A DNA stretch of 49,808 nucleotides, taken from assembly GCA_017404685.1 (NCBI GenBank), contig JAFRBW010000007.1:1-49808 (forward strand), in the 5' to 3' direction. How positions within the stretch are numbered: the stretch's first letter is position 1; each line of letters starts with the position of its first letter. Below are positions 1 through 8,647 of the stretch, one piece after another. Both the position numbers and the translations under genes were made by a program. This DNA is from Candidatus Saccharimonadota bacterium (GTDB lineage: Bacteria > Patescibacteriota > Saccharimonadia > Saccharimonadales > Saccharimonadaceae). Under the pieces are notes generated by a model, which did no database searches, was not told where the DNA came from, and worked only from the letters and a program-made list of their open reading frames with translations.

Positions 1-2256
1 ACCGCAGTTCCACTCAATAAAACCACCGCACCACTAGCTAATGGCGATGAGACAGATATTACTTTTGCTGCCAAAGTAGATGCCGATACTGTAGCCGGTA
101 GTTACAAAACTACATTAAGTTTTACTGCAGTTACTAATGCCAATACCTATAGTATTACCTTCAATCCTGGCTCTGCCTCAAGCGATGCATCTCTCGTAAG
201 CATGCCTTCCCCAAACCCTCAAACCGGCGCATTGGAATCTGGTTCTTCCACTAGCATCACCATCTCCAGCTCCACCCCAACCAGAGCCGGCTATAGCTTC
301 CTCGGCTGGTGTTCTGTTGCTCCAACTACATCAAACAACACCGACTCGTGCACCAATGCTATTGATGGTAGCGGCACCACATATCAGCCAGGCGGCTCCA
401 TCACCATCTATACTGATACGCCAGATATCACCCTTTACGCCATGTGGGGTATCAACAGCTACGCCATTACTATTACAAACTCCAACACTTCGTCAAACGT
501 AAACAGTCTCACCATTCCTTACGGAGGCTCCGCTATGGTTACGGTCACTCCAGATTCTAACTACTATCTCTCCGATGTCTCCTGTCCAAGTGGCTACACC
601 TGCTCTGGCTATAGCACCGGCACAGGTTACACCAGCCAGCAAACCGTAACGGTCACGAACAACGGCACGACAAGTGGAGGTACTCTATCCTTTACTGGCA
701 CAGTCAGCGGGTACACAGTATCCTTTAATGCTAACGGCGGTACTAGCACCCCAAGTAGTGAGTTTACTACATCATCCGTCACTTTGCCATCCGCAATATC
801 ATACCATACTGCATCTACCACTAACACTAGCACAACCTACGCCACCTTCGCCGGTTGGAACACCGCCCCGGATGGCTCCGGCACTACCTACTCTGCCGGT
901 TCGTCCTATACTCCAACCGCCGACACTACTCTCTATGCGACCTGGAACTTCAATTCTGGCACTCTCCAAGGTGCTGCCGAGTCCAGCGCAGCCTCCTGTG
1001 GCGCAAACCTAGTAGATGCTCGCACCGGTGTCTCTTATCTCACATATACAATCTCTGGCAAATGCTACATGGAACAAAACCTCTATCTCCCAACTGGTTT
1101 CACTCTCTACGCAGGCGACTCCAATATCTATAGCACCGCAGCATCTAAGAACCAGAAACTCTCCTGGACAACTCCATCCTCCAGTACCATGCCATCCAAT
1201 AGCTATGATACCCCGTACATGGTAACAGGCACATACACTGATAATACATACAATGTCACCGGTGGCTGGTACAACTACTGCGCTGCTTCCGCCCAAACCG
1301 TCTGTGATAACACTACGAAAGAAAACGCTAACTCTGACATCTGCCCTAAAGGCTGGCGTCTCCCAACCAGTGCAGAAATGGGCAACGTTGCAAGTGCAGC
1401 CCGCTTCAACTGGAAGTTCTACGCCGGGAACTACTACAATGGTTCTCTTCAGAATGACTCGTCGAGCTCGTACTGGTGGTCTGCTACTGAGGGCAATAGG
1501 ACTGGTCAGTTCTACCTGACCTACTACAATGGCAGCCTGAATATCAACGGCTACTACAAGTACTACGGGTACTTCGTACGCTGCGTCTCCGACACCGTCG
1601 CCAAGCAACCAACTATGCAAAACTTCAGCTCTGACGACTTTGCTAGCATGAGCGTCGGCGAATCCATAACTCTTCCAGATTCCCGCACTGGCACCAGCTA
1701 TACCGTTAAGATGCTCTCCCTAAACGGCACCAAAACCCTCTGGATGATGTCTAACCTCAAACTCCCAGGAGGCACGAAACTCACTACTTCCGACTCCAAC
1801 GTCACCGCCGACTACACCCTCCCAAGCGACACCGGCTCCTCCGGCTGGGTAAACGACTATTGTAAACCATACATGGCTACAGCTGATGGAGAATACTACT
1901 ACAACTGGCCAGCGGCTACAGCTAGGACTAACTCTACATCAAGTACTTCCGGTGGTTGTTCCAACGATACAGGTAACTCCGTAGGCGATATCTGCCCTAA
2001 AGGTTGGAGACTCCCAGTATACTCAGGTGAAGCAGATAAACCTGCATGGCTCTCCGGTGTTCTAGGCTCCTTAACTACTACCGGTAACTTCCACTCCGGC
2101 TCCCAGTACGGTGTCGACTCGTACGGCCACTGGTGGACATCTACTCGGTACAATGGTAACTACGCGAGGCTCATGAGTTTCAATGGAAGTACGGCCAGCG
2201 GCAGCTACAACAATAAGTACTCCGGTAGCTCAGTGCGGTGTATGCGTACGAGTTAG
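1..2256 (+). CDS. Large Ser/Thr-rich surface protein, 5'-partial: InlB B-repeat/Listeria-Bacteroides repeats plus two FISUMP (Fibrobacter succinogenes major paralogous, C-type-lectin-like) domains
   Basis: The frame is open from base 1, so the ORF-track start at 202 is internal. PTRAGYSFLGW and FAGWNTAPDGSGTTY...TLYATW repeats are present, plus two domains with D.RTG..Y, YYNW/WYNY.AA, DICPKGWRLP, WWS/WWT and VRC ends. Confidence 0.85.
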   Translation, partial: TAVPLNKTTAPLANGDETDITFAAKVDADTVAGSYKTTLSFTAVTNANTYSITFNPGSASSDASLVSMPSPNPQTGALESGSSTSITISSSTPTRAGYSFLGWCSVAPTTSNNTDSCTNAIDGSGTTYQPGGSITIYTDTPDITLYAMWGINSYAITITNSNTSSNVNSLTIPYGGSAMVTVTPDSNYYLSDVSCPSGYTCSGYSTGTGYTSQQTVTVTNNGTTSGGTLSFTGTVSGYTVSFNANGGTSTPSSEFTTSSVTLPSAISYHTASTTNTSTTYATFAGWNTAPDGSGTTYSAGSSYTPTADTTLYATWNFNSGTLQGAAESSAASCGANLVDARTGVSYLTYTISGKCYMEQNLYLPTGFTLYAGDSNIYSTAASKNQKLSWTTPSSSTMPSNSYDTPYMVTGTYTDNTYNVTGGWYNYCAASAQTVCDNTTKENANSDICPKGWRLPTSAEMGNVASAARFNWKFYAGNYYNGSLQNDSSSSYWWSATEGNRTGQFYLTYYNGSLNINGYYKYYGYFVRCVSDTVAKQPTMQNFSSDDFASMSVGESITLPDSRTGTSYTVKMLSLNGTKTLWMMSNLKLPGGTKLTTSDSNVTADYTLPSDTGSSGWVNDYCKPYMATADGEYYYNWPAATARTNSTSSTSGGCSNDTGNSVGDICPKGWRLPVYSGEADKPAWLSGVLGSLTTTGNFHSGSQYGVDSYGHWWTSTRYNGNYARLMSFNGSTASGSYNNKYSGSSVRCMRTS

Positions 2257-2290
2257 GCTCTTCCCTTAGCCCCCCAACCAAAAACGAACA

Positions 2291-2319
2291 ATTATACCAC
2301 ACGGCGCAACGTTTTTCAA
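2291..2319 (-). promoter_or_regulatory. Sigma70-like extended promoter pointing antisense into the FISUMP gene 3' end
   Basis: Minus strand reads TTGAAA-17 nt (ending TGG)-TATAAT. Confidence 0.5.
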
Positions 2320-2361
2320 CCCCCCACCTGAAAACCCAAAAATTACCCAGGTAGGGGGTTG
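2317..2361. repeat. 14-bp inverted repeat (1 mismatch), 17-nt loop
   Basis: CAACCCCCCACCTG (2317-2330) / CAGGTAGGGGGTTG (2348-2361). Confidence 0.8.
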
Positions 2362-2412
2362 TATATTTTTTATAAGTATGCTAGGGTAACTTCACAATTA
2401 ATAAGGAGTTTT

Positions 2413-3264
2413 ATGCCCACAAAAACCATCACTACAATCAAAGTCAACCAAAATAACATTGGTGTTATGAGAATCGGTCAAGTCGATTATATATCACTAA
2501 CAGATCTAGCAAAATATGCAAACACGGAGAAGCCTTCGGACGTCATAGTGCATTGGCTTAGCAATAAAACAACCTTTAATTTTCTTGGTTTATGGGAAAA
2601 AATCAACAATCCAAATTTTAATTTCGCGGAATATCGCGCAATTAAAACCAATGAAGTTGGCTGCAATGCCTTTACTCTTAGTCCAAGAAGGTGGATTGCA
2701 TCCACAAACGCCAGTGGTATTATTTCTAGGGGTGGAAGATACAGTATTGGCACCTTCGCCCACCCAGATATCGCCTTTGAATTTGCCTCGTGGCTTAGTC
2801 CGGAGTTCAAACTCTACCTCATCCGCGAATTTGAACGCCTTAAAAAGAACGAACAATATCACGAGAAACTTGAATGGCACGCTAATCGCCTACTTGCAAA
2901 AGCTAATTACCTCATCCAGACCGACGCTATCAAAGAAAACATCATCCCAACCATCACCGAAAAACAAAAACGTTTCGTCTATGCTGAAGAAGCCGACCTC
3001 CTCAATGTTGCCCTCTTTGGTATGACTGCCAAAGAATGGCGTGACCAAAACCCCGATTTGGCCGAAAACGGCAACATTCGTGATTATGCAGATTTATTGC
3101 AACTCATCATCCTTAACAATCTAGAAAACATCAACGCACAGCTAATCAAAAACGGACTCCCTCAGTCAGAGAGAATTGCGCAACTCAATGAAGCTGCAAG
3201 ATCACAAATTAGACTCTTGCTTGGTAGTAAAAGTTTTGGTGAAGCATTATGTTTAAAACCATAA
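2413..3264 (+). CDS. KilA-N domain DNA-binding protein
   Basis: DYISLTDLAK, W...NPNFN and GTFAHPDIAFEFASWLSPEFKLYLIREFERLK motifs. AAGGAG precedes ATG 2413. Confidence 0.88.
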   Translation: MPTKTITTIKVNQNNIGVMRIGQVDYISLTDLAKYANTEKPSDVIVHWLSNKTTFNFLGLWEKINNPNFNFAEYRAIKTNEVGCNAFTLSPRRWIASTNASGIISRGGRYSIGTFAHPDIAFEFASWLSPEFKLYLIREFERLKKNEQYHEKLEWHANRLLAKANYLIQTDAIKENIIPTITEKQKRFVYAEEADLLNVALFGMTAKEWRDQNPDLAENGNIRDYADLLQLIILNNLENINAQLIKNGLPQSERIAQLNEAARSQIRLLLGSKSFGEALCLKP

Positions 3265-3274
3265 TGGCCCCTCA

Positions 3275-3303
3275 TTGACAAAAAACCACAAAAGTGATAT
3301 AAT
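3275..3303 (+). promoter_or_regulatory. Consensus sigma70 promoter
   Basis: TTGACA-17 nt (ending TGA)-TATAAT. Confidence 0.8.
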
Positions 3304-3406
3304 GGAACTTATCTGGCATTTTTGTACCAAAAATATCGTAAAGGGGGACGAGAAAAAGGTAAGCCAGAGGTACGCACATTAACAGATTTGAAGGAGGAAA
3401 CAAAAA

Positions 3407-4102
3407 ATGGTTATTTTGTCCGATCTTTCCGGGGTATTCGTGGGTGGCGCCAAGCAGGCTGCCCTCATCATCAAAGAGCGATACGGCGACTCCGTATTTC
3501 TCCGTTGCAAGCGGCGCTTGGCTGAGTTGTCGGTCGAGTATCAGGCGCTCCTCAGAGGCGAGATCCACGAAGATTTTTTCTGGGACGAATACTTTTTACT
3601 GCACGAAGAGCAAACCGATGTGAATCCATGGCCGTTTGGGCCAGATGAGGCCAAGGCAACTCTTACCGAAGCCATCAAGCAGACCATACCAGGCACGCTG
3701 GAGCTTCTGAAGAGCATCGTGGCCTACCCGGACATCATCAACCCGAAGTTTTCGCTGGACGACACCGTCATCGTGGACGCTGGCAACCCGCCCGAGCTCT
3801 ATATCCTCTCCGACTACAGCAACGAGAGGATCAACGAGGTGCGTTCCTGGCATCCGGAGCTCTTCCGCTTCACGAACGATGAATATTGGTCTTGCGATCT
3901 CGGGCTGACCAAGCTCCAGGACGAGTTCTTCGCTGAGGTGTTGCAGGATCTCTGCATCGAACCGTGCGAGGCGATTTATATCGACGACTCCGAGATCAAG
4001 TTAGATGTTGCCCGGCGTGCCGGCCTCACCGGCATTCGTTTCGAGAACTCCACCCAACTCCGCACGGTCTTCGAAGGCTACGGCTTCCGCTTCAAATTCT
4101 AA
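3407..4102 (+). CDS. HAD-superfamily hydrolase-like protein (divergent)
   Basis: N-terminal ILSDLSGV (motif I-like), LYILSD, K, and AIYIDDS...ARRAGLTGIRF (motif IV). AAGGAGG RBS. Confidence 0.7.
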   Translation: MVILSDLSGVFVGGAKQAALIIKERYGDSVFLRCKRRLAELSVEYQALLRGEIHEDFFWDEYFLLHEEQTDVNPWPFGPDEAKATLTEAIKQTIPGTLELLKSIVAYPDIINPKFSLDDTVIVDAGNPPELYILSDYSNERINEVRSWHPELFRFTNDEYWSCDLGLTKLQDEFFAEVLQDLCIEPCEAIYIDDSEIKLDVARRAGLTGIRFENSTQLRTVFEGYGFRFKF

Positions 4103-4104
4103 CC

Positions 4105-4130
4105 AAAAGTCCCCCTCAGGGGGACTTTTT
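4105..4130 (+). terminator. Intrinsic (bidirectional-type) terminator
   Basis: AAAAGTCCCCC-TCA-GGGGGACTTTT perfect 11-bp stem. Confidence 0.85.
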
Positions 4131-4158
4131 CCTGCAGATATGGTATAATTAATACATT

Positions 4159-6063
4159 ATGGATGCAAATGAAATTCGTCAAAAGTTCTTAGATTATCAA
4201 GTCTCAAAAGGCCACAAAATCATTCAGCCAGCCCCGCTCGTGCTTGAGGGCGACCCAACCACGCTCTTTACTGGCTCCGGTATGCAGCCTTTGCTTCCTT
4301 ATCTCCTTGGCGAGCCACATAAAGACGGCACGCGCCTCACAGATTCTCAGCCATCCATGCGCCTCCAGGATATTGAGGACGTTGGCGATCCGCGCCACAC
4401 CACGGTTTTTGAGATGCTTGGCAACTGGTCCCTCGGCGATTATTTCAAAAAAGAGCAAATCCGTAATTTCTTTGAGTTTTTGACGAAAATCGTTGGGCTA
4501 GACCCGGCCAAAATCTACGTCACCTGCTTCATTGGCGACGAAAAGTACGGTATCCCAAAAGACGAAGAAGCGGCACGCATCTGGCAAGAAGTGTTTAAGG
4601 AAGCCGGCATCGACGCCAAAATCGCCGAAATCGGCTCAGCAGAAAACGGCGACAAGCGCGGCATCAAGCCTGGCGAGCGCATTTTCTTCTACGACGACCA
4701 CGAAAACTGGTGGAGTCGCGGCGGCGGTATCGAGACGACTCCGCTTGGCGACCCATGCGGCCCGGATTCCGAGGTGTTTTATGACTTCGGCGAAGACAAG
4801 CAAGACGTCGAGAAATACGGCCTTGCCCACCCGGCCTCTGATGGTGCGCGCTTTATGGAAATCGGCAACCAAGTTTTCATGCAGTATCGCCGTTTGCCGG
4901 ATGGTAATTTTGAAGAGCTTCAGCACAAAAACGTCGACTTTGGCGGCGGTCTTGAGCGTATCGCCGCGGCCGCGATCGGCTCGTTTGACGTTTTTAAGAT
5001 TTCTCTCATGAAGCCGATTATCGACAAGCTTGAAGAAATCTCCGGCAAAAGCTACGACACCAATACCGACGAAATGCGCGTCATTGCCGACCATGTCCGT
5101 GGCGCATATCTCTTGGCCGCGCAAGGTCTCACACCATCCAACAAGACCCAAGGCTATGCGATGCGTCGCCTTATTCGCCGCGCGATTCTTCGTGCGCTCG
5201 ATCTCGGCATTTCCACTAATTTCCTTTCCGAAATCGTCCCGATCGTCGCCGATAACTACAAAGAACTCCCAGATAGCATCCTTACTCATCGCGATATGGC
5301 CCTTGATGTACTTTTAAAAGAGGAAAAAGCCTTCCGCACCACCTTGAATAAAGGCCTCAAGGAATTGCGAAAAATGGCACGTTCATCCGATTCCGCGGCA
5401 TCGGCCAAAAACACCGCCCTCTCAGGTTACGACTTGTTCAAGCTGCAGGACACTTACGGTTTTCCTCTTGAGCTTTCTGTCGAGGAATGCTATCGCGAAG
5501 GCATCGACCTCACGTCGGATTATAGGGCCGAGTTCGATCAGGCCCTCAAAGAGCAGCGCGAACGCTCTCAGACCGCATCCAAGGGTATGTTCAAAGGCGG
5601 CCTCGAAGATCACGGCGAAAAAACCATCAAATATCACACCGCCACGCATCTTCTTCTGGCAGCGCTAAAAAAACACGTCGCTTCCGACATTTCACAAAAA
5701 GGTTCCAATACCACCGCCGAGCGCACACGTTTTGATTTTAATTGCGACCACAAGCTCACTCCAGAGGAAATCGCCAAGGTCGAAGCCCAAGTCAACGAGT
5801 GGATTAAAGCTGATTTGCCAGTAGTGTTTGATGAGTACGATAAATCCTACGCGCGTGACGTCCTGAAGGCCCACGGCCAGTTCTGGGACAAATATCCAGA
5901 AAAACTCAAAGTTTACACCATCGGCGATTTTGATTCTCCAATTTCCCGCGAAGTCTGTGGCGGCCCGCACGTAGAGCATACCGGCGTCATCGGCCATTTC
6001 AAAATCGTCAAAGAAGAGTCATCATCCGCCGGCGTCCGCCGCATCAAAGCTGTACTAGAATAA
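4159..6063 (+). CDS. alaS: Alanine--tRNA ligase (short form lacking the C-Ala domain)
   Basis: DPTTLFTGSGMQP, HTTVFEMLGNWSLGDYFK, DFGGGLER and IADH motifs, editing HTATH and CGGPH, ending GVRRIKAV. Confidence 0.97.
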   Translation: MDANEIRQKFLDYQVSKGHKIIQPAPLVLEGDPTTLFTGSGMQPLLPYLLGEPHKDGTRLTDSQPSMRLQDIEDVGDPRHTTVFEMLGNWSLGDYFKKEQIRNFFEFLTKIVGLDPAKIYVTCFIGDEKYGIPKDEEAARIWQEVFKEAGIDAKIAEIGSAENGDKRGIKPGERIFFYDDHENWWSRGGGIETTPLGDPCGPDSEVFYDFGEDKQDVEKYGLAHPASDGARFMEIGNQVFMQYRRLPDGNFEELQHKNVDFGGGLERIAAAAIGSFDVFKISLMKPIIDKLEEISGKSYDTNTDEMRVIADHVRGAYLLAAQGLTPSNKTQGYAMRRLIRRAILRALDLGISTNFLSEIVPIVADNYKELPDSILTHRDMALDVLLKEEKAFRTTLNKGLKELRKMARSSDSAASAKNTALSGYDLFKLQDTYGFPLELSVEECYREGIDLTSDYRAEFDQALKEQRERSQTASKGMFKGGLEDHGEKTIKYHTATHLLLAALKKHVASDISQKGSNTTAERTRFDFNCDHKLTPEEIAKVEAQVNEWIKADLPVVFDEYDKSYARDVLKAHGQFWDKYPEKLKVYTIGDFDSPISREVCGGPHVEHTGVIGHFKIVKEESSSAGVRRIKAVLE

Positions 6064-6082
6064 GAATACACCCTATCTTGTA

Positions 6083-6111
6083 ATTATATCACACTTATGC
6101 TAAAAAGTCAA
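6083..6111 (-). promoter_or_regulatory. Promoter-like element duplicated at 49341-49369, overlapping a plus-strand promoter for the HD gene
   Basis: Minus strand TTGACT-17-TATAAT; plus strand TTGTAA(6078)-17-TAAAAA; 28/29 identity with 49341-49369. Confidence 0.6.
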
Positions 6112-6125
6112 ATTTAAGGAGTAAA

Positions 6126-6836
6126 ATGGAGCCAGATTATAGCGTACTAAATCCCGAAATCGTAGATTATATTAGGGATAATATCTTCTCGCGATATAAC
6201 CCTGCCAATGGCCATGGCCTCGACCATATTAAAAACGTCGCCCGCCGCAGCCTCGATCTCGCTAAGCGCATTAACGACGGCAGCATCAAGACTACAGCAA
6301 AAGATTTTAAAAATCTCCCTGAGGAGTTGAAAAATCCACGCAAAATCGATTACGACATGAGTTTCGTCATTGCTTCGTATCACGATCTCGGTCGCGAGAA
6401 AAACAACAAGCTTCATCATCTCATCTCTGCTGCATGGCTACTTGACGACGATTTTATCGAAGACCATTTTTCGCGCGCCAAACTTCGTGTTATGGCAGAC
6501 GCCGTTATGGACCATCGCGCTTCAAACGAGCTTGTTCCAGCCACAATTTACGGAAAAATCGTCTCCTCCGCCGATCGCGACACCGATTGCTACGACATTA
6601 TGCGCCGCGCCTACGCTTACAATCGTCATATTTATCCAGACAAAACCGAGTCCGAAGCCCGTGATTTCTGCTACGAAAAAATTTGCATCAAATTTGCCAA
6701 TAAAGGCGCCTATGGTGTCAAGAAAATGTTTTTTGACAACCCCGAATTCGACGCCATGGTTAAAAAGTTCCAAGAAATCTGCGTCGATCGTGCCACGTTT
6801 GATGTCGAGCTAGACAAAGCTTTAGGAAAAGACTAG
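6126..6836 (+). CDS. HD-domain metal-dependent phosphohydrolase
   Basis: HGLDHI...YHDLG...HH...DHRAS...SADRD. AAGGAG RBS. Confidence 0.85.
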   Translation: MEPDYSVLNPEIVDYIRDNIFSRYNPANGHGLDHIKNVARRSLDLAKRINDGSIKTTAKDFKNLPEELKNPRKIDYDMSFVIASYHDLGREKNNKLHHLISAAWLLDDDFIEDHFSRAKLRVMADAVMDHRASNELVPATIYGKIVSSADRDTDCYDIMRRAYAYNRHIYPDKTESEARDFCYEKICIKFANKGAYGVKKMFFDNPEFDAMVKKFQEICVDRATFDVELDKALGKD

Positions 6837-7156
6837 CAAATCGTAGCAAATTGGTCATAATATCGTTGCATTTTGATGGGGTCAGTGTTCCAAGAATTAC
6901 CATCAAAATAGTCACAAAACTCTTCGCGCGCGCGGCAAATTTCACCTAGCCTCGCTGGTGTTTCTGACTCAGCTGCATATTCTATTGTAATGTCAAAAAG
7001 CTCCAATGCACGTTCATATGCCCCCTGAAATCGCGCTGGTTTATTGATGTTATTGAGCGACCGTGACACCTCGCTGCCGATGTTTGCCAATTGCCAGTAG
7101 AGGGAGTGGTTTTTCCACTCGCTTTCTAATCCTTTATGTTGAATTAATTCAACCAT
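6833..7156 (-). CDS. Small helical hypothetical protein, partner of the DUF5674 gene
   Basis: QHK.L...W...S...QLANIGSEVSR...ERALELFD...EICRAREEFCDYF; overlaps the upstream gene's stop. Confidence 0.75.
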   Translation of the reverse strand: MVELIQHKGLESEWKNHSLYWQLANIGSEVSRSLNNINKPARFQGAYERALELFDITIEYAAESETPARLGEICRAREEFCDYFDGNSWNTDPIKMQRYYDQFATIC

Positions 7157-7482
7157 TTGTACACTACCTCTAAAATTTTTGCTCTAGTTTCTGCATCTTC
7201 GACATATCGACTCCGATTATTCTGGCGTGGACGTACATTTATCATAGAATCAAACTCTACAAAATCATCAGGAGTATCTTCCGGATATAAGTTAATCCCC
7301 CAAAGGTTATCTTGCTCCGAACCATGTTCTAATAAAAATCGTTCCAAATCAGCATGCAGACCAGCATCGACCGCTACTACTCCTTTGGCAATATCTACAA
7401 CAGCTTTTATCATTGGGCCGTCAAAAACTATTTCCGATTTTAACAGCTCAGCTTTATCGATCTTAGATTCAATTATTCTCAT
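7144..7482 (-). CDS. DUF5674-family protein
   Basis: MIKAVVDI...LHADLE..LL..GS.Q.NLWGINLYP...EFDSMINVRPRQNNRSR. True start is ATG 7482, 6 nt after TATAAT. Confidence 0.8.
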   Translation of the reverse strand: MRIIESKIDKAELLKSEIVFDGPMIKAVVDIAKGVVAVDAGLHADLERFLLEHGSEQDNLWGINLYPEDTPDDFVEFDSMINVRPRQNNRSRYVEDAETRAKILEVVYKWLN

Positions 7483-7513
7483 AAAATAATTATAGCACAG
7501 AATGCACCAAGCC

Positions 7514-8647
7514 TTAGATGATAATTCCGCCACCCAGGCATATTTCGCCGTCATACAAAACTGCAGATTGTCCGCTGGCTGGGCGTTTGATTTCACTTTC
7601 GAAAGTCAAAGTTTCGCCATCAAATTTAGCTGGTACTAAAGGTGCGCGGTGACGAAGACGCACTAGTACCCTAGCCTCGCTTAAATAGCCACGCAAAAAG
7701 ACATCTTTTAGTTTTAGCTCTTTTGTCCAGATGGCGGAGTGATTGAGATTTTTGGAAACATAGACGATGTTGTGCGCGAGATCTTTTCTCACGACGTAGT
7801 ACGGCAGGCCGTCGTTTACAGCGCCTTTCTCGCCAGACAAATATAATCCGTGACGCTGGCCAATCGTATAAAACACTGCGCCCTCGTGGTATCCGAGCAC
7901 TTTTTCGGTTTCGGCCTCACGAATCTCGCCTGGCGCGATATCGATATATTCTTTCAGGAAATCTTTCATACCGACTTCGCCCACAAAGCACACACCCATA
8001 GATTCTTTTTTGTAGGCATTGTGGAGACCATTTTTCTCGGCCAGTTTTTTGACATCTGGCTTCAGCATTTCACCAATCGGGAATAAAGTGTGCTCTAGCG
8101 CTTCTTTAGAAATGCGGTAAAGGAAGTAGGTCTGGTCTTTATTCTCGTCCACTGCCCGCGCTAGCTTGCCGTCTATTTTCCTAGCATAGTGGCCGGTAGC
8201 AATAAAGTCCGCCCCCCGCGCCATCGCTTTTTCGTAAAACAATTTGAACTTGATTTCTTGGTTACACATCACGTCGGGATTTGGCGTGTTGCCAGCTTTG
8301 AACTCGCGGAGCATATACTCCACGACTTTTTCGCGGTAGGCGTCCTCAAAATCCCAGACCTCAAAAGGAATCCCGAGCTTCACCGCTACGCGTTTGGCGT
8401 CGGCGAGGTCCTCGGCCCAAGGACATTTCATGCCAGGAAGATCGCGACTCCAGTTTTTCATGTAAATGCCGGTAACGTCGTAACCTTGGTTAAGAAGCAG
8501 CATCGCTGCAACGGAAGAATCTACACCGCCGCTCATGCCAACAAAAACCCGAGCGGGGGTCCTGCCGGTCGCTGTCCTTCCCCGCGTCGCCAAGTCTCCG
8601 CGGGAGTTCCCCTCCGCGACCGTCATCTCCTCGTACATTTTAGTCAT
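7514..8647 (-). CDS. mnmA: tRNA-specific 2-thiouridylase with an N-terminal extension of about 30 aa
   Basis: GMSGGVDSS, TPNPDVMCN, ATGHYA, KDQTYFL, ESMGVCF, TIGQR and GQSAVLY...CLGGG motifs. Confidence 0.97.
   Translation of the reverse strand: MTKMYEEMTVAEGNSRGDLATRGRTATGRTPARVFVGMSGGVDSSVAAMLLLNQGYDVTGIYMKNWSRDLPGMKCPWAEDLADAKRVAVKLGIPFEVWDFEDAYREKVVEYMLREFKAGNTPNPDVMCNQEIKFKLFYEKAMARGADFIATGHYARKIDGKLARAVDENKDQTYFLYRISKEALEHTLFPIGEMLKPDVKKLAEKNGLHNAYKKESMGVCFVGEVGMKDFLKEYIDIAPGEIREAETEKVLGYHEGAVFYTIGQRHGLYLSGEKGAVNDGLPYYVVRKDLAHNIVYVSKNLNHSAIWTKELKLKDVFLRGYLSEARVLVRLRHRAPLVPAKFDGETLTFESEIKRPASGQSAVLYDGEICLGGGIII

Noticed and set aside
5376-5418. Short low-complexity insert in AlaS (ARSSDSAASAKNT) with a CCGAT-CCGCGG-ATCGG palindrome
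   Set aside because: The stem is only 5 bp and could arise by chance. At most it is a remnant of the palindromic-insertion family.
4159-6063. AlaS as a truncated pseudogene
   Set aside because: The catalytic and editing motifs are intact, and short AlaS lacking C-Ala is a known natural form.
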